A stretch of 64,000 nt of DNA from an uncultured Acidobacteriota bacterium (GCA_963843575.1 CAWJKZ010000009.1:1-64000); one strand, 5' to 3'; counted from the first letter of the stretch, positions 43,106-56,227 are shown. Numbers and translations are program-made. The notes: generated by a model from the sequence alone, not told the origin.

Positions 43106-44512
43106 TTACAAGCAACGCAGAAAGGCCACCAGATCCTTTTTCTCCTGTGGGGTCAAGTGGAGTTGCTGGAGAAGATTGAAGTATTCCACTGTGTCTTCAA
43201 GGGTGAAACAGCGACCGTCGTGCAGGTAAGGCGGGGAGTCCTTGATGCCCCTCAACGGGAAAGTCTTGATGCTGCCGTCGTGGGCCATCATCATCCCGTT
43301 CACCATCTCCTTCTTGTAGAAACGCTCCGCCTTGAGATCGTGCATGCTGTTGTCCGTATAGTAGGGGGCGGCGTGGCAGACGCCGCACCGGGCTTTTCCG
43401 CTAAAGATGGCCTCTCCGCGCAATTCGCTTTCGTTGACTTTGGCCCTGTCGAGCTCACCATAGATATTGAGTTTGGGTGCGGGAGGGAAATCCAGGATTG
43501 CCAGGAATTCAGCCATGAAATGAACTTGCGTGCTCCTCTCCAGGATGTTGACCCCCTTCTTGGCAGCCATGGCAATGTCGCCGTCGAAGTAAGCCGCGCG
43601 CTGCTCGAACTCGGTGAAATCCTCAACGGTCTTTAAAGCACGCTGGGAGCCGAACAGCCGCTGGATGTTCATGCCACGCAGGGACGGCGTGTTGATGCGG
43701 TGCCTGAATTCCTGGGGCCGGATGTCTCCCACGAGGTGGGTGGCCTTGTTTGTATGCCCGTTGGCGTGGCAGTCGAAGCAGGTAACACCGAGCATGCCGT
43801 CGGCCCGGTCGGTCCGGCGGTCTTCGGTCGCATTGAACTGCTGCTGGGGGAATTGGGTCAGCAGGAGACGCATCCCTTCGATTTGCTTGGGATTCAGGAT
43901 CCCGTTGAAGATTTCATAGTAATTGTTGATGGTAATGAGCCGTCCTTTGGCCACGTCCCCCAGGTCGGGCCGGGTTGTCAGGTAGATGGCCGGATTGGGG
44001 TCCGGGAGGAAGTGCTCAGGAAGATCGAAGTCCAGGTCAAATCGAACCAAGCGGGGCAGGGGCTTGGTGATCATTTCCGGGAACAGCATTCCGCCTTCGG
44101 CATGATCCGGGAAGGGCAGAGGCTTGTAAGGGAATAAACCCTTCTCTTTGATTTGTTCAGGCGTCATCTTATCGAGTTGGTCCCAGGTTGCCCCCTGCAG
44201 TTTGGCCGTTGGGCCCACAGGGATGGGTTTCCCGGCCGACATGGTGACCTCCATGGTCGTTTTCTTCGAAAGGTCATACCTGCTATTCAGCAGATTCATG
44301 TGCTCCTTGGCTAGGCCCGCCTTTAAAGCTGTGCGTGCCGCTTTGATTTGTTCGAAGGTCATATCCTGGTTTGTCGGACCGTAGCTCGACACGACTTTCC
44401 CCTGCTGAGCATAGACGATCACCCCAACGCACACCGCGACCACCAGGATGAAAACTCCGTTCAACAGAACATTGCGTTTAACTCGCTTGCTCATCTTGAT
44501 GCCCTCCGTCAT
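43106..44512 (-). CDS. Di-heme cytochrome c (CCP/MauG-like)
   Basis: Signal/anchor, CFDCH and CGVCH heme motifs, TPSLRG, PPYLHDG. Confidence 0.88.
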   Translation of the reverse strand: MTEGIKMSKRVKRNVLLNGVFILVVAVCVGVIVYAQQGKVVSSYGPTNQDMTFEQIKAARTALKAGLAKEHMNLLNSRYDLSKKTTMEVTMSAGKPIPVGPTAKLQGATWDQLDKMTPEQIKEKGLFPYKPLPFPDHAEGGMLFPEMITKPLPRLVRFDLDFDLPEHFLPDPNPAIYLTTRPDLGDVAKGRLITINNYYEIFNGILNPKQIEGMRLLLTQFPQQQFNATEDRRTDRADGMLGVTCFDCHANGHTNKATHLVGDIRPQEFRHRINTPSLRGMNIQRLFGSQRALKTVEDFTEFEQRAAYFDGDIAMAAKKGVNILERSTQVHFMAEFLAILDFPPAPKLNIYGELDRAKVNESELRGEAIFSGKARCGVCHAAPYYTDNSMHDLKAERFYKKEMVNGMMMAHDGSIKTFPLRGIKDSPPYLHDGRCFTLEDTVEYFNLLQQLHLTPQEKKDLVAFLRCL

Positions 44513-45075
44513 CCGTTATGTCGAACACAATCACCACTTCGCATCATCAGGCGGGTTTGTCTTGCAGGAAGGTACGCATCATCCAGGCTGTCTTCCCGTG
44601 CTTTTCGATCGATCCCTTCAGAAAGTTGTTGGTACGCATGCCTCCATATTTACGGGCCCAGGCACCCAGGTTTAAACCTGGCAATGCCGCCTGCGTGGGG
44701 CATGTGGATGGCGCCCCGGTTGTTCCACAAGAGGCGCGGCCTGTGAATATGCTCCTCGGCTTCTCTACCAACGTCAAAATCGCCATGCCCACGCGGAGTT
44801 CCTCAGGGATGGAACATTACTTCGCCTCTAACGCGTATTCGAGCGCCTTCCTGGTCCGTCGTGCTCTCCTCTATAATCGACTGACAATGACCGGGCAGAG
44901 TCCATCCGCCGGCACCATTGCGAAGATATACTCAGATGGAATCATTTGCGCGTCTGTTCCATGTTGCTCAGGCGGCTGGTCAAAACTGCTCATTTGTGAC
45001 TTGCCTGCAGCAGCGCGTCATCGACAGTAACCATGATGCATTCCGTCCATAGCGGAATGCGAGGATTCATCCCGC

Positions 45076-45196
45076 GAAGTCCGAGAGGTGTATCGGGGGC
45101 GCACCAAGAGCAAAAAGCTGGAGCGGCGCGCGCCGTAGCGTGGTACGCTCCCGATACGACTTGAAGGGAGCCGCGGAGCGGTGGTATGGATCGTGC
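45076..45196 (-). repeat. Solo copy of the IS91-end structured sequence (copy 2)
   Basis: Reverse-complement homolog of 11431-11555; no transposase next to it. Confidence 0.8.
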
Positions 45197-45299
45197 AACG
45201 CTGTTTCTCGGGACCTTGAATCCCATCAGCGTGTCCGGATAGCCGCAACCTCCCACATCGCGGACAACTCAGGATCAGCTTCTCACTCAAGGCAGGATT

Positions 45300-45765
45300 G
45301 TGACCACGCCATCCCCGCACGAAGTCACTCATCTGGTCCAGGCCTGGTGCGGCGGCGACCAGGCTGCCCTGGATAAGCTCGTCCCTCTGGTTTATGACGC
45401 ACTGCACAGGCTGGCGCATATCTACATGGTGCGCGAGCGGCCGGGCCACACGCTGCAGACCAGTGCCCTGGTCAATGAGGCCTATCTCCGGCTCATCGAT
45501 GCCAACCAGGTTCAGTGGCAGGACCGCACCCACTTTTTTGCCATTTCGGCCAACGTGATGCGCCGCATCCTGGTGCAATTTGCGCGCTCGCGCGGCTCCC
45601 GGAAGCGGGGCGGCGGCGCCGGGCGGGTCGACCTCGACGAAGCGCTCATTCCGTCGCCGGAACGCGATGCCGACCTGATAGCGCTGGACGACGCGCTGAC
45701 TGCGCTGGCCGCGATCGATCCGCGGGAGGCGAGGGTGGTGGAGCTGCGTTTTTTCGGCGGAACAG
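45300..45765 (+). pseudogene. ECF sigma factor (TIGR02999-like), C-terminus truncated
   Basis: EVTHLVQAW..LVPLVY..HTLQTSALVNEAYLRL..VVELRFFGG, then unrelated sequence. Confidence 0.85.
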
Positions 45766-45790
45766 TTCACTTCACTCGCGGGTCGTCAAC

Positions 45791-45907
45791 TCACGATATG
45801 TTATTGGACATCTTGACGATCACGACGACCAGCAGGACCACCAGCAGTACGCCGATCACCGTATAAATCCCCATCCCTCTGCCCATCCATCCGTATGTTT
45901 GGTTCAT
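45791..45907 (-). CDS. Small single-TM peptide
   Basis: AAAGGGGG upstream; MNQTYGWMGRGMGIYTVIGVLLVVLLVVVIVKMS. Confidence 0.45.
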   Translation of the reverse strand: MNQTYGWMGRGMGIYTVIGVLLVVLLVVVIVKMSNNIS

Positions 45908-46514
45908 CAAAAAGCCCCCTTTCGTTGCGCACGCGACTTGCCACGCCACTGGGCAATGCCGACCGTCAGCGGAGGCAGCAGTGTCATGTGAAACAGCCAC
46001 CACGGGACACCGCGTGAACTGCTCGTCGCGGGCGTCGTGGCGCAATCATTTCAGTTCTTTCGTCGTGTTACGCAGCCAGAGGATTCTCGCAGACATCTTC
46101 CTAATCTGAGCGCCGTAGCGCTCACTCTGTTTGGACTTCTGTTTGATATTCGACACAGGTGCTTCGAATCCAACAGGCCGCAGGTCAGCCAGGATCGCAG
46201 CCTCCGCAGGGATCCCGGACCCCTGCGCCGAGATATAAACTCGGCCGCGCCTCTCCACGAAAAAGAAGCTCAGCGCCCCAGTAAGTGCTCTATCGTAGGG
46301 CATTTGGCTTCGCCGCTCACCCGGGGGAACTCATCAGTTCCTATGTTATGATTTTGGTGAGTTGCACGCTTTATCCTTGTCCTATATAGCATTCGCGGTT
46401 CTTTGGGCCCCTCGATTGCACTTCTGAACAGCCTGTACGGATTTGGACGGGGTACGATCCTGGACGATCGAACCGACGACTTTTTTCGCTTTTCTTTAGG
46501 CTGGAGCTGGCGCC

Positions 46515-47877
46515 ATGCATCCTCCCGGAGTGCTGAGATTTGCGTTCTTGTTATCCTTAACCCTGGTTCTGTACCCTCGTCCCTCAGGGGCCATCCTCGC
46601 TGTGCCGCAGGAATCGAATCCTTCCAGGCCGGCAGATCAGCCGAAAGAGGAGTCAGTACGGCTCGACTCGTTGGTAGAAGAACTGCTCAAGTCGAATCCC
46701 GAATTGCAGGCGGCCCGGAAACGCTATGAGGCAGCCCTGACCCGTCCTGCGCAGGAAAGCGCATTGCCCGATCCTCGCATTACCGCGGGCTGGATCAGCA
46801 ACGGGTGGCCGTATCCCGGAGCGGGCCTGGGTGCGGAAGCCACGAGCAATATCGGCATTCAGGTCGCGCAGGAAATCCCTTTCCCCGGGAAACGGGCTTT
46901 AAAGGGCGGCATCGCACAAAAGGAAGCGGACAGCGAAGCGCAGGCGGTTCGCGCCACGGAACTGAGGCTCGTCGCTCAACTCAAGGAAAGATATTACGAG
47001 CTGCTCTATATTTATGAGGCCGTGGATCTGATTCACCGGAACCAGGAATTGCTGCAGCAAATGGCAAAGGTGGCCGAAGCCCGCTACTCCGCGGGGAAGG
47101 CGATGCAACAGGACATTATCAAAGCCGGCATAGAAGTCGCAATCCTCGAGAATCGGCTGATTGCCCTCGAGCAGAAAAAGCTCAGCATCAATGCCGAGAT
47201 CAATGCCCTCATTAACCGTCCGCCGGATGCAGGCCTGGGCCGTCCGGAAACGGTTTCGACCTTGCCTTCTCTCGAGCCTTTTGAATCCTTGCGCGCTCGC
47301 GCCCTGGAGGCGTCGCCATTGCTTCAGGGACAGCGAGCCGTCATCGACGGCCGGCAGCTGAACGTGCAATCCGCCCAGAAAGCCTACTACCCGGATTTCG
47401 ATGTCATGACGGGGTATTACAACCAGGGCGCCATGAAGCCGATGTGGGAATTCAAAGTGCAACTCAATATCCCGCTCTATTTCGGGAAAAAACAGCGCTA
47501 TGGGTTGGAGGAAGCCGGAGCCAATTTGGCTGAAGCGCAACGGACGTATCGCAACGAGCAGCAAGTGGCTGCTCTTCCGTTTGCGCGACCGTTATGTGGC
47601 TGCGGAAGCCGCTCTGAAGCTCATGGATCTCTATTCCCGGCAGGTGGTGCCGCAATCGGAACTTGCGCTCCAATCTTCGCTGGCCAGCTACGAGGGCGGC
47701 AGCGTCGACTTCCTGACGGTGCTCTCCAATTTCACCACCATCCGGGAATATCAAATGAATTACTTCGAACAGCGGGCGGAATACCTGAAGGCCCTGTCCG
47801 GACTGGAAGAATTGACGGGCATTCCAGGCGGCCCGGCCCCGAATCAGGGATTTCCCCAAAATGAGGTGCGGCGATGA
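46515..47877 (+). CDS. cusC: CusC/TolC-family outer membrane protein (frameshift near 47570)
   Basis: LPDP..QEIPFPGKR, OEP repeats; C-terminus in ORF 47500..47877. Confidence 0.8.
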
Positions 47878-49296
47878 GAAATTTCTTTATTGGATTTATC
47901 CTGGCCAGCGTTCTGGTCGAGCGGCGGTTACTGGATTATTTCAAGGCAGAACGCCGCTCAGGGGCCGACAACGTCCCAAAAGGTGCAGAAATACCATTGC
48001 CCCATGCATCCCGAATATGTTTCCGACAAGCCGGGCGATTGCCCCATTTGCGGCATGAAGCTGGTCCCGATGGAGAGCAAGGGATCTCCTGAAACGGCAG
48101 CCAAAGGAGAGCATGCCGGCCAGGAGACCGCCGGTGCGCCCGCCAAGAAGGAGCGAAAGATCCTCTATTGGACCGACGCCATGAATCCCGGCAACCGCTA
48201 TGACAAGCCGGGCAAGGCTCCCGACGGAATGGACCTGGTTCCCGTCTATGAGGAAGAATCCCCGGGCGCCGCCGGCCCGGGTGTGCCCGGGTACGCGCCC
48301 GTAAAGATCACACAGGAGCGGCTGCAGATGATGGGGGTCACAACGGAAAAAGCCCGGGTGATGAGCCTGGACCAGAGCATCCGGACCGTGGGGATGATCA
48401 CGGCGGATGAAACTCGCATCAGTCACATTCATACCAAGTTTGAGGGGTACATTGAGCAGATCTTCGTCAATTACGTCGGCCAGCAGGTGAGGGTAGGCCA
48501 GCCGCTCTTTTCGGTCTATGCCCCGGAACTGGTGGCGACACAAAAGGAGTACATCCTGGCCTTGCAGGCGCGCGATCAATGGGAAAAATCAGGGACCGAG
48601 GTGCGGCTGCCGGGAGTCGATCTGGTGGAAGCCGCCCGGCAGCGGCTGGCGCTCTGGGACATCAGTCCGGACCAGATCGCACGCATCGAGAAAACCCGCG
48701 AGCCGATCCGGGCTTTGATGGTCTACTCGCCGGTCAACGGGATCGTCAGCGCCAAAACCGCCGTCCAGGGCAACAGGGTGATGCCTTCGGACACGCTCTA
48801 TGACATTACGGATTTGTCCAGCGTGTGGGTTCTGGCGGACCTCTATGAAATCAATGTGCCGTTTGTGAAAATCGGGGACCCCGCCACGATCTCGCTGAGC
48901 TACGATCCGGGCCGCGTCTTCAAGGGACGAGTCAGCTTTATCAACCCCAATGTGGATGAGAAGAGCCGGACGGTAAAGGTTCGCATCGTGCTCGAAAATC
49001 CTTCCGGATCGTTGAAGCCGGACATGTATGCGGAGGTTGTTCTTGGCGGGCAATTGGGCCATGGAGTCGCCGTTCCCGACAGCGCGGTGATGGGAACCGG
49101 GGAGCGGGAGATGGTGTTCATCGCCAAAGGCGACGGCCTGTTCGAGCCGCGCGAAGTGAAGACCGGGGTCAAGGTGCGCGGTTTTTACGAGATCAAGAAG
49201 GGTGTGAAGGCGGGAGAAGATGTCGTGACCGGGGCCAACTTCCTGCTCGATTCCGAGTCCAAACTGAAGGCCGCGATTTCAGGCGCGGGGAAGTAA
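47874..49296 (+). CDS. cusB: CusB-family MFP with heavy-metal-binding domains (frameshift near the start)
   Basis: YHCPMHP..CPICGMKL, YWTDAMNP..DGMDLVP, LKPDMYAEV, FLLDSES. Confidence 0.9.
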
Positions 49297-49335
49297 GTCA
49301 TTCGCATCCTGCCGATACGTTCATGAAGGAACCGT

Positions 49336-52300
49336 ATGATTGAGAAGCTCATTGAGTTTTCCGCGCGTGAGAAGTACATCGTTCTTCTCTTTACCGCCGC
49401 CGTCGTGGCCTTCGGCATCTGGACGATGTACAACCAGCCCGTGGATGCCATCCCCGATCTTTCGGATACGCAGGTCATCGTGTACTCCAAGTGGGATCGC
49501 TCACCCGACATCATCGAGGATCAGGTCACGTATCCTATTACCACGGCGCTGCTCGGCGCGCCCAAGGTTAAAGCGATTCGCGGTTTTTCTGACTTCGGCT
49601 TTTCCTACGTGTACATCATTTTCGAGGACGGGACCGACATCTATTGGGCCAGGAGCCGCGTGCTCGAATACCTGAGCAAGGTGCTTCCTTCTCTCCCCGC
49701 CGGAGTCAAGACGGAGATCGGCCCGGACGCCACCGGCGTGGGATGGGTTTTTCAATACGCCCTGGTGGACGAGAGCGGCACGCATACGCTGGCCGATCTG
49801 CGATCCTTCCAGGATTGGAACCTGCGCTATGCGCTGCAGGCGGTCCCGGGCGTGGCCGAGATCGCCACGATCGGCGGTTTCCAGAACCAGTACCAGATCA
49901 CCGTGGATCGGGAAAAGCTGGCCGCCTACAACATCCCCCTCATGATGGTGTCGGAAGCGGTGCGCAATTCCAACGTCGAGGTGGGCGCAAGGCTGATCGA
50001 GTTCTCCGGCGCGGAGTACATGGTCCGCGGCCACGGATACATCAAGAACGCGCAGGACATCGAGCAGATCGTCGTCAAGACCAACGATCGCGGCACACCG
50101 GTCCTCCTGCGCGACATCGCCAGGGTCGAGCGCGGGCCCGAGATGAGGCGCGGCGTCGCCGACCTGGACGGAAAAGGCGACACGGTGGGCGGCATCGTGG
50201 TGATGCGGCACAGCGAGAATGCCGACAAAGTCATCCGCCGGGTCAAGGAGCGGCTCCAGGAACTCCAGCCTTCCCTGCCCAAGGGCGTGAAAGTCGTCAC
50301 CACCTATGACCGCTCGGAACTGATCGAGGGCTCCATCAACAATCTCAAAGAAGAGTTGATCCTCGAGATGATCATCGTCAGCTTTGTGATCCTGATCTTC
50401 CTCTGGCACATCCCGTCGGCCATCATCCCGATTGTCACGATTCCGGTGTCGGTGCTGCTGTCCTTCATCCCCATGCACTTGATGGGGCTGAACTCGAACA
50501 TCATGTCCCTCGCCGGCATCGCCATCTCCATCGGCGTGCTCGTGGACGGCGCCATCGTCGAAGTCGAGAATGCCTACAAGAAGCTGGAACTCTGGATCGA
50601 GGGAGGACGCCAGGGAGACTTTCATGCGATCCGGCTCGAGGCGCTCAAGGAGGTCGGACCGTCCGTGTTCTTTTCGCTGCTGGTGATCGCGGTCGCCTTT
50701 CTGCCCGTCTTCACGCTGGTGGATCAGGAGGGACGCCTTTTCCGGCCGCTGGCTTTCACCAAGAACTTCGTCATGGCCATTGCCGCCATTCTCGCGGTCA
50801 CCCTGGATCCGGCGATGCGAATGATTTTTGCCCGGATGGACTATTTCAAATTCCGGCCGCGCTTCGTGTCCTGGATAGTCAATCAGGTGGCGGTGGGAAA
50901 GTATTACAAAGAGGAGAAGCACCCGATCAGCCGCTTGCTGTTCCGGATTTACGAGCCTCCCGCGCGCCTGGTGCTGAAGCACCCGAAGACGACCATCGCC
51001 ATCGCCTTGATTCTGGTCGCGACCACCGTGCCGGTGTACCTCCGGCTCGGCAGCGAGTTCATGCCGCCGTTGAACGAAGGCACCATCCTTTACATGCCCA
51101 CCACGTTGCCCGGCATATCCGTCTCGGAAGCTCAGACGATCCTGCAACATCAGGACCAGATGATCCGGGCATTTCCCGAGGTGGAAAGGGTCTTCGGCAA
51201 AGCGGGACGGGCGGAGACTTCCACCGATCCGGCGCCGTTTTCCATGATGGAAACCACCGTCATGCTCAAGCCTCCGTCCGAATGGCGCTTCAAAAAGCAG
51301 TGGTATTCCAATTGGGCGCCCGATTGGTTGAAGAAACACGTCTTGAGCCGGATCGCACCGGAGCATATTTCCTGGGATGAACTGATCGCCGAACTCGATC
51401 AGAAGGTGCGCATCCCCGGCGTGACCAACGCATGGACCATGCCGATCAAGGCGCGCATCGACATGCTGTCCACCGGCGTGCGAACTCCGATCGGCATCAA
51501 GGTTCTCGGTCCGGACCTCGGCGAAATCGAAAAGATCGGCGCCCGCCTCGAAACGCTGCTGCGGAATGTGCCGGGAACGCGGTCCGTTTTTGCCGAACGG
51601 GTGGCCGGGGGCTACTTCCTCGATTTCGACCTGAGACGGGATCAGTTGGCCCGGTATGGTCTGACGGTAGCGGACGCGCAGAACATCGTCATGTCGGCGA
51701 TCGGAGGAGAGAACGTCACCACCACGGTCGAGGGGCGCGCGCGTTACCCCGTCAACATCCGTTATCCGCGCGAATTGCGCGACAACGTCGAACGGCTGCG
51801 CGAGGTGCTGGTGCCGACCCCCTCGGGAGCGCAGATCCCGATCGCGCAGATCGCGGACATCAAAAAAGTCACCGGCCCGTCGATGCTCCGCGATGAAAAC
51901 GGCATGCTCGCCGGTTACGTTTTCGTGGACCTTTCCTCCAGCGATATCGGCGGATATGTGGAAAAGGCCAAGGAGATCGTCAGTCAGGGGCTGCAGGTTC
52001 CCGACGGGGTATTCCCTCGTCTGGAGCGGCCAGTACGAAAACATGCTGCGCGTGCGCGAGCGGTTGAAGATCGTCATTCCCGTCACGCTGGTGCTGATTT
52101 TCGCGCTCCTGTACATGAACACCAAGTCGGCCATGAAAGCCTCCATTGTGATGCTCGCGGTGCCGTTCTCGCTGATCGGGGCGGTGTGGCTTATGTACGC
52201 GCTGGGATACAATATTTCCATCGCCGCCTGGGTGGGAATGATCGCCTTGATGGGGCTGGATGCGGAAACCGGCGTTTTCATGCTGTTGTTCCTGGATCTG

Positions 52301-52621
52301 TCGTATGAAGACGCCAGGCGCAAGGGACAACTGCGGAACAAAGGCGAATTGATCGAAGCCATCATTCACGGAGCGGTGAAGCGGGTCCGGCCGAAGGCGA
52401 TGACGGTGATGGCCGCATTTATGGGATTGATGCCGATCATGTGGTCGGCCGCCGTCGGGGCGGACATGATGAAGCGCGTGGCCGCGCCCATGGTCGGCGG
52501 ACTCGCAACTTCGTTCGCGCTGGAACTGCTGGTCTACCCCAGCATCTATTACCTGTGGAAATGGCGTGCCGAAGTCAAACATCAGACCTTCGGACCGCCG
52601 CGCGCGATCCTGGGACACTGA
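49336..52621 (+). CDS. cusA: CusA heavy-metal (Cu/Ag) RND pump (frameshift near 52000)
   Basis: DAIPDLSDTQVIV, GPDATGVGW, FMPPLNEG..YMP, APFSMMET, WTMPIKARIDML, RVRPKAMT. Confidence 0.93.
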
Positions 52622-52661
52622 TGTGGGCAAGGGATCTCACGGGATCATGAAGGAGGCCAAA

Positions 52662-53191
52662 ATGGCGGAGGATACCTCATCGCGGCATTCGAAGATCGGA
52701 ACGTTCGTCGGATTGGCTGTGATCTGCGCTGGCCGGCCTGCTCGGTTACTTTGTCTGGGCGGGCAGGATTGCCGGCGGGAAACCGACTTGTGAGGTGTGC
52801 AAACGGGTCATCCATACCGAGACTTCATTCAGGATCGCGCGGCCGGATGGCGTCGATGAAGGCCGTTTGTTGCCCGCGTTGCGGGCTGGCCGCGGTGATC
52901 CAAAACGGCGGGCGGGCTCTCGATGCGGTTGATTTCACCTCCAAAAAACGGATCGGGGCCGCCGAGGCGATCTATCTCGAAGGGTCGGACATCATGGAGT
53001 GCTGTTCCACCACCGGCTTCCGGTCCGATGAAGGCGCCTATCAGGAAATGGAGTACGACCGGTGCATGCCGAGCCTGCTTGCCTTCGCCCGGCGCGAAGA
53101 TGCTGAAATGGTGCGGCAAAAGCATGGCGGCCAGATTATCAGCTTTGAGGAAGCCAGGCAGAGCGTCGTGCGCCAACTGAAGAATCAATAA
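52662..53191 (+). CDS. NosL-like copper-binding membrane-anchored protein (frameshifted)
   Basis: AGGAGG RBS; TM, CEVC, CCPRCG, DF..KRI.A.EAIYLEGSD, PSLLAF..REDAE..HGG. Confidence 0.6.
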
Positions 53192-53316
53192 GAGGTCAGG
53201 CGAGAAGATGGATTCGAAAATCAGTTCCGGATCAAATGAAGAATTCCCAAAGCAAAGAGGCCCCTATTTCATCCGGCTTTTCTCATGAGTCCTGAATAGT
53301 TCCCCAGAGGTGTTTT

Positions 53317-54027
53317 ATGAAAAGAGTTGGTTTGAGTTTGTGGTTGGGAGGATTGCTGCTCGTTTGCTCCACACTCCAGGCGCAAGAAGTGCGGTTTCCC
53401 GTCCGGCACGATCGTCTGCTCCGGGACCGCACAGGAGAATTGATCTTCGGCGAAACCGGGATTGAGTATCGGACCAAGGACAAGGGGGACGCCCGCACCT
53501 GGAAATATGAGGACATCCAGCAACTCGGCCTGCTCAGCCCCAAGGAACTTACTATCCTCACCTATGAGGATAGCAAATGGAAACTCGGCAAAGACCTGTT
53601 CTATCGCTTCGAAATCACCTCAGGCGAAATAACTCCAGCGCTCTGGACCCAACTTCAGGCAAAGCTCAAACGGCCGGTGGTTTCAGCGCTCATCCCGCCG
53701 GACATCGCCCCGAAATTCACGATCCCGGTCAAACACCTGCGGGGATTCGGCGGCACGCAGGGGACGCTGGAGATTGGCGACCAGTACGTCATCTACAAAA
53801 CGGACGCGCCGAAGGACTCGCGCATCTGGCGTTACCAGGACATCTCCTCGGTCGGGACTACCGGGCCGTATCAACTGCGGCTCACTTCCATGGATCGCGC
53901 CGAAAATGAATCCGGCGGCGAGCGGAACTTCGTTTTTTCCCTGAAAGAGCGGCTCGCGCCCGAAGCCTACGATTTCATCTGGTGGAAGATCAACGGATCA
54001 CAAATATCTTCTTTCTCAAAGAAATAG
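53317..54027 (+). CDS. Secreted hypothetical protein with two tandem similar domains
   Basis: Signal peptide; FPVRH..GEL..Y..RTWKYEDI repeated as IPVKH..GTL..Y..RIWRYQDI. Confidence 0.8.
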   Translation: MKRVGLSLWLGGLLLVCSTLQAQEVRFPVRHDRLLRDRTGELIFGETGIEYRTKDKGDARTWKYEDIQQLGLLSPKELTILTYEDSKWKLGKDLFYRFEITSGEITPALWTQLQAKLKRPVVSALIPPDIAPKFTIPVKHLRGFGGTQGTLEIGDQYVIYKTDAPKDSRIWRYQDISSVGTTGPYQLRLTSMDRAENESGGERNFVFSLKERLAPEAYDFIWWKINGSQISSFSKK

Positions 54028-54510
54028 TCTTTTCTTGCCTTCTGGAGAGACAAACGGGCGTATTCCTGTCGGCGCTTCATGAAACCTATCGAAGGAGCAT
54101 CGCCATCCCGGGCAACATCCACAGCGGATAGGGAATACAAATTGCCTATGCCCACTTTATTAGTCATCGATGATGATCCGAGCCTTCGGCGCAGGCTACT
54201 TGACGACGACGGGGGAACGGAGCTGCGCCGGTGCCCGTTTCCGGCATAAGCTCCTGCCAGATCAGCCGATAGGCGGAATAGAGGCCCCTTTGCAATAAGC
54301 AGGGGTGTGCCCCAAAGCCATATCCGGGACCACAGATCAGGCGTAAAATGCGGCTGCTGCAACCGAGGCGCAGATATCACAGTCGAAAGAACGTCACTTT
54401 GAGCAGCTGCGGGAGGGCACGCACGGAGGGCGACTGCGGACGGATAAGAAGCCTGACGGGGAAGAGGCAGTTCATCCTTCTTATCCTCTGCTGAGACAAC
54501 CGGGGTCTCA

Positions 54511-54696
54511 GTGGCACAGAAACTGGTAATCCAAACTTTCGTGTTTGGTGACAGGGCTATTGTGAATGGCCTGGCGACCGACAAGAGCATCACGGCGGGC
54601 AAGGATACTAGTGGTCAGTATCGTTGGACCGACGTGTTCGTCAAGCGCGAAGGCCGGTGGCAGTGCGTAACGGGATACGCAAGCAAGGCGGAGTAG
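54511..54696 (+). pseudogene. NTF2-like/DUF4440 C-terminal fragment
   Basis: VFGDRAIVNG..SGQYRWTDVFVKREGRWQCV. Confidence 0.6.
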
Positions 54697-54959
54697 CTCT
54701 GCATAGAGCCTGGGCGAGAGCCTGTTCGTGAAAGGGTGTTTCCAAACACCCTGCGTTGGTGCTTGAACTGGTAAGTCGGCGTCTCTTAGCCGACATCGCA
54801 TGGCCAAAGAACCGCAGGGGCAACCCTATCCACTACATCATCGACGGCAAGGTCGACAAGGACACGATGACCGGGAGTTGGAGCCACGACAACCGCAAGG
54901 GTGATCGATCCATTGACATTGAAAAGCCGTATGCTCACGGTGCTGGAGGGCAACATCTT

Positions 54960-55055
54960 TGAGGGACTGACGGCGAGCCCGGACGGGAAGACCATACTCT
55001 ACATGCGATCGAAGGAATCGGGTACTGACCTGATGCTGGTGGAGAACTTCCGCTG
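54960..55055 (+). pseudogene. TolB/PD40 propeller C-terminal fragment
   Basis: GLTASPDGKTILY..GTDLMLVENFR*. Confidence 0.5.
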
Positions 55056-55516
55056 ACCGGTCGATTAGGAGGGTGGTTCCACGTGACTTCGCCCCGCGAC
55101 AATATCGGGTCCTACCTGCATCTCAGCCTCCACCCCAGAAGTTCGAGAGAGGTCTTGGTTATCACGCTGTCCCGAAGGCCCTTCGCGGACATAAATGCTC
55201 AGCGACCGATCCGCTGTTCGCTGAGCATCTTTGTGAAATCGGAGACCGGTGTCCAGGGACAGTCCCACGGCAAGTGAGGTTGTAACACATTAGAGAAGGC
55301 TAAAGTTACCAAGGTGTCCTGACGATTAGAGACCCAGCGTGTTTCCTGTCCGTTAATCCATCGGGGGAGCAATCGTCAAGAAACACGCTCCTCGGCACAC
55401 ACCGCACGTACTTCGGGATCCGCTGCAATTGAGGGGCCTGTATCTAACGTGAGGTGTGCGCCGGGCGAAACACTCGCCGATGTACTACCCTCCAGAACGT
55501 GTTCCGCTGAGCCCTC

Positions 55517-56227
55517 CTAAGGACGGATCCTCTCCTGCAACCAGTGCCGTTCCAAGGCACTCACAATGCATTGGAGTGCCGGAGGGGGCAGAAGTCTTTT
55601 TCCGTCAACCACATCCTGGAAGAAGACCCCGTAGGCGCTGCCCACTTGGCGTCTCACCTCTGCGGTGAGTGACGCGATGAACGAGTGCAGGATGAGCGTA
55701 ATGTGGATCAGAGTGCCGATCGGGAATACCGGCGCTGTGGCTCCGAAGTCGATCAACATACCTGTAACGCTCATGTCCAGTGCCTTGACGTCCCAGGCGC
55801 GTCCGTCGTCGTGGTAAACCCGAATGGTCATCGGACAATCCGGAGCGACCTTCACCCGATAAGCCATTCGAGCCTCTGCACTTACGATGCTTGAACCGAG
55901 TTTCAGGACCAGCTCCGGAGCGGGCGATTGTTCCGGGCGATACTCTAGGATCGTGGAAAAGAGGGCGCCCGAATCCCCCCGGTAGGTGAAGGATACCCAG
56001 CACGATGACCCTATCGTCGGAACTATCGTCAACAAGTGCTTTAGCTGGAGCGTGACCGTGCCCTCGGACAGGGCGGCCATCTGAGCGTGGAAGCAGGTTT
56101 GGACATTCTCCAGGGAGAGTATGAGCGCAGGGGCCCTGTTTTCGCAGCATTCCTTGAGAATGTCGGATTGATTCTGCCCGGTCGCCTGCCGCCAGACACG
56201 GTCCGGGTCAAAGAGAGGGGATGACAT
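55517..56227 (-). CDS. PilZ-domain (YcgR-like) c-di-GMP-binding protein
   Basis: RMAYR (RxxxR) and DMSVTG (DxSxxG). Confidence 0.8.
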   Translation of the reverse strand: MSSPLFDPDRVWRQATGQNQSDILKECCENRAPALILSLENVQTCFHAQMAALSEGTVTLQLKHLLTIVPTIGSSCWVSFTYRGDSGALFSTILEYRPEQSPAPELVLKLGSSIVSAEARMAYRVKVAPDCPMTIRVYHDDGRAWDVKALDMSVTGMLIDFGATAPVFPIGTLIHITLILHSFIASLTAEVRRQVGSAYGVFFQDVVDGKRLLPPPALQCIVSALERHWLQERIRP

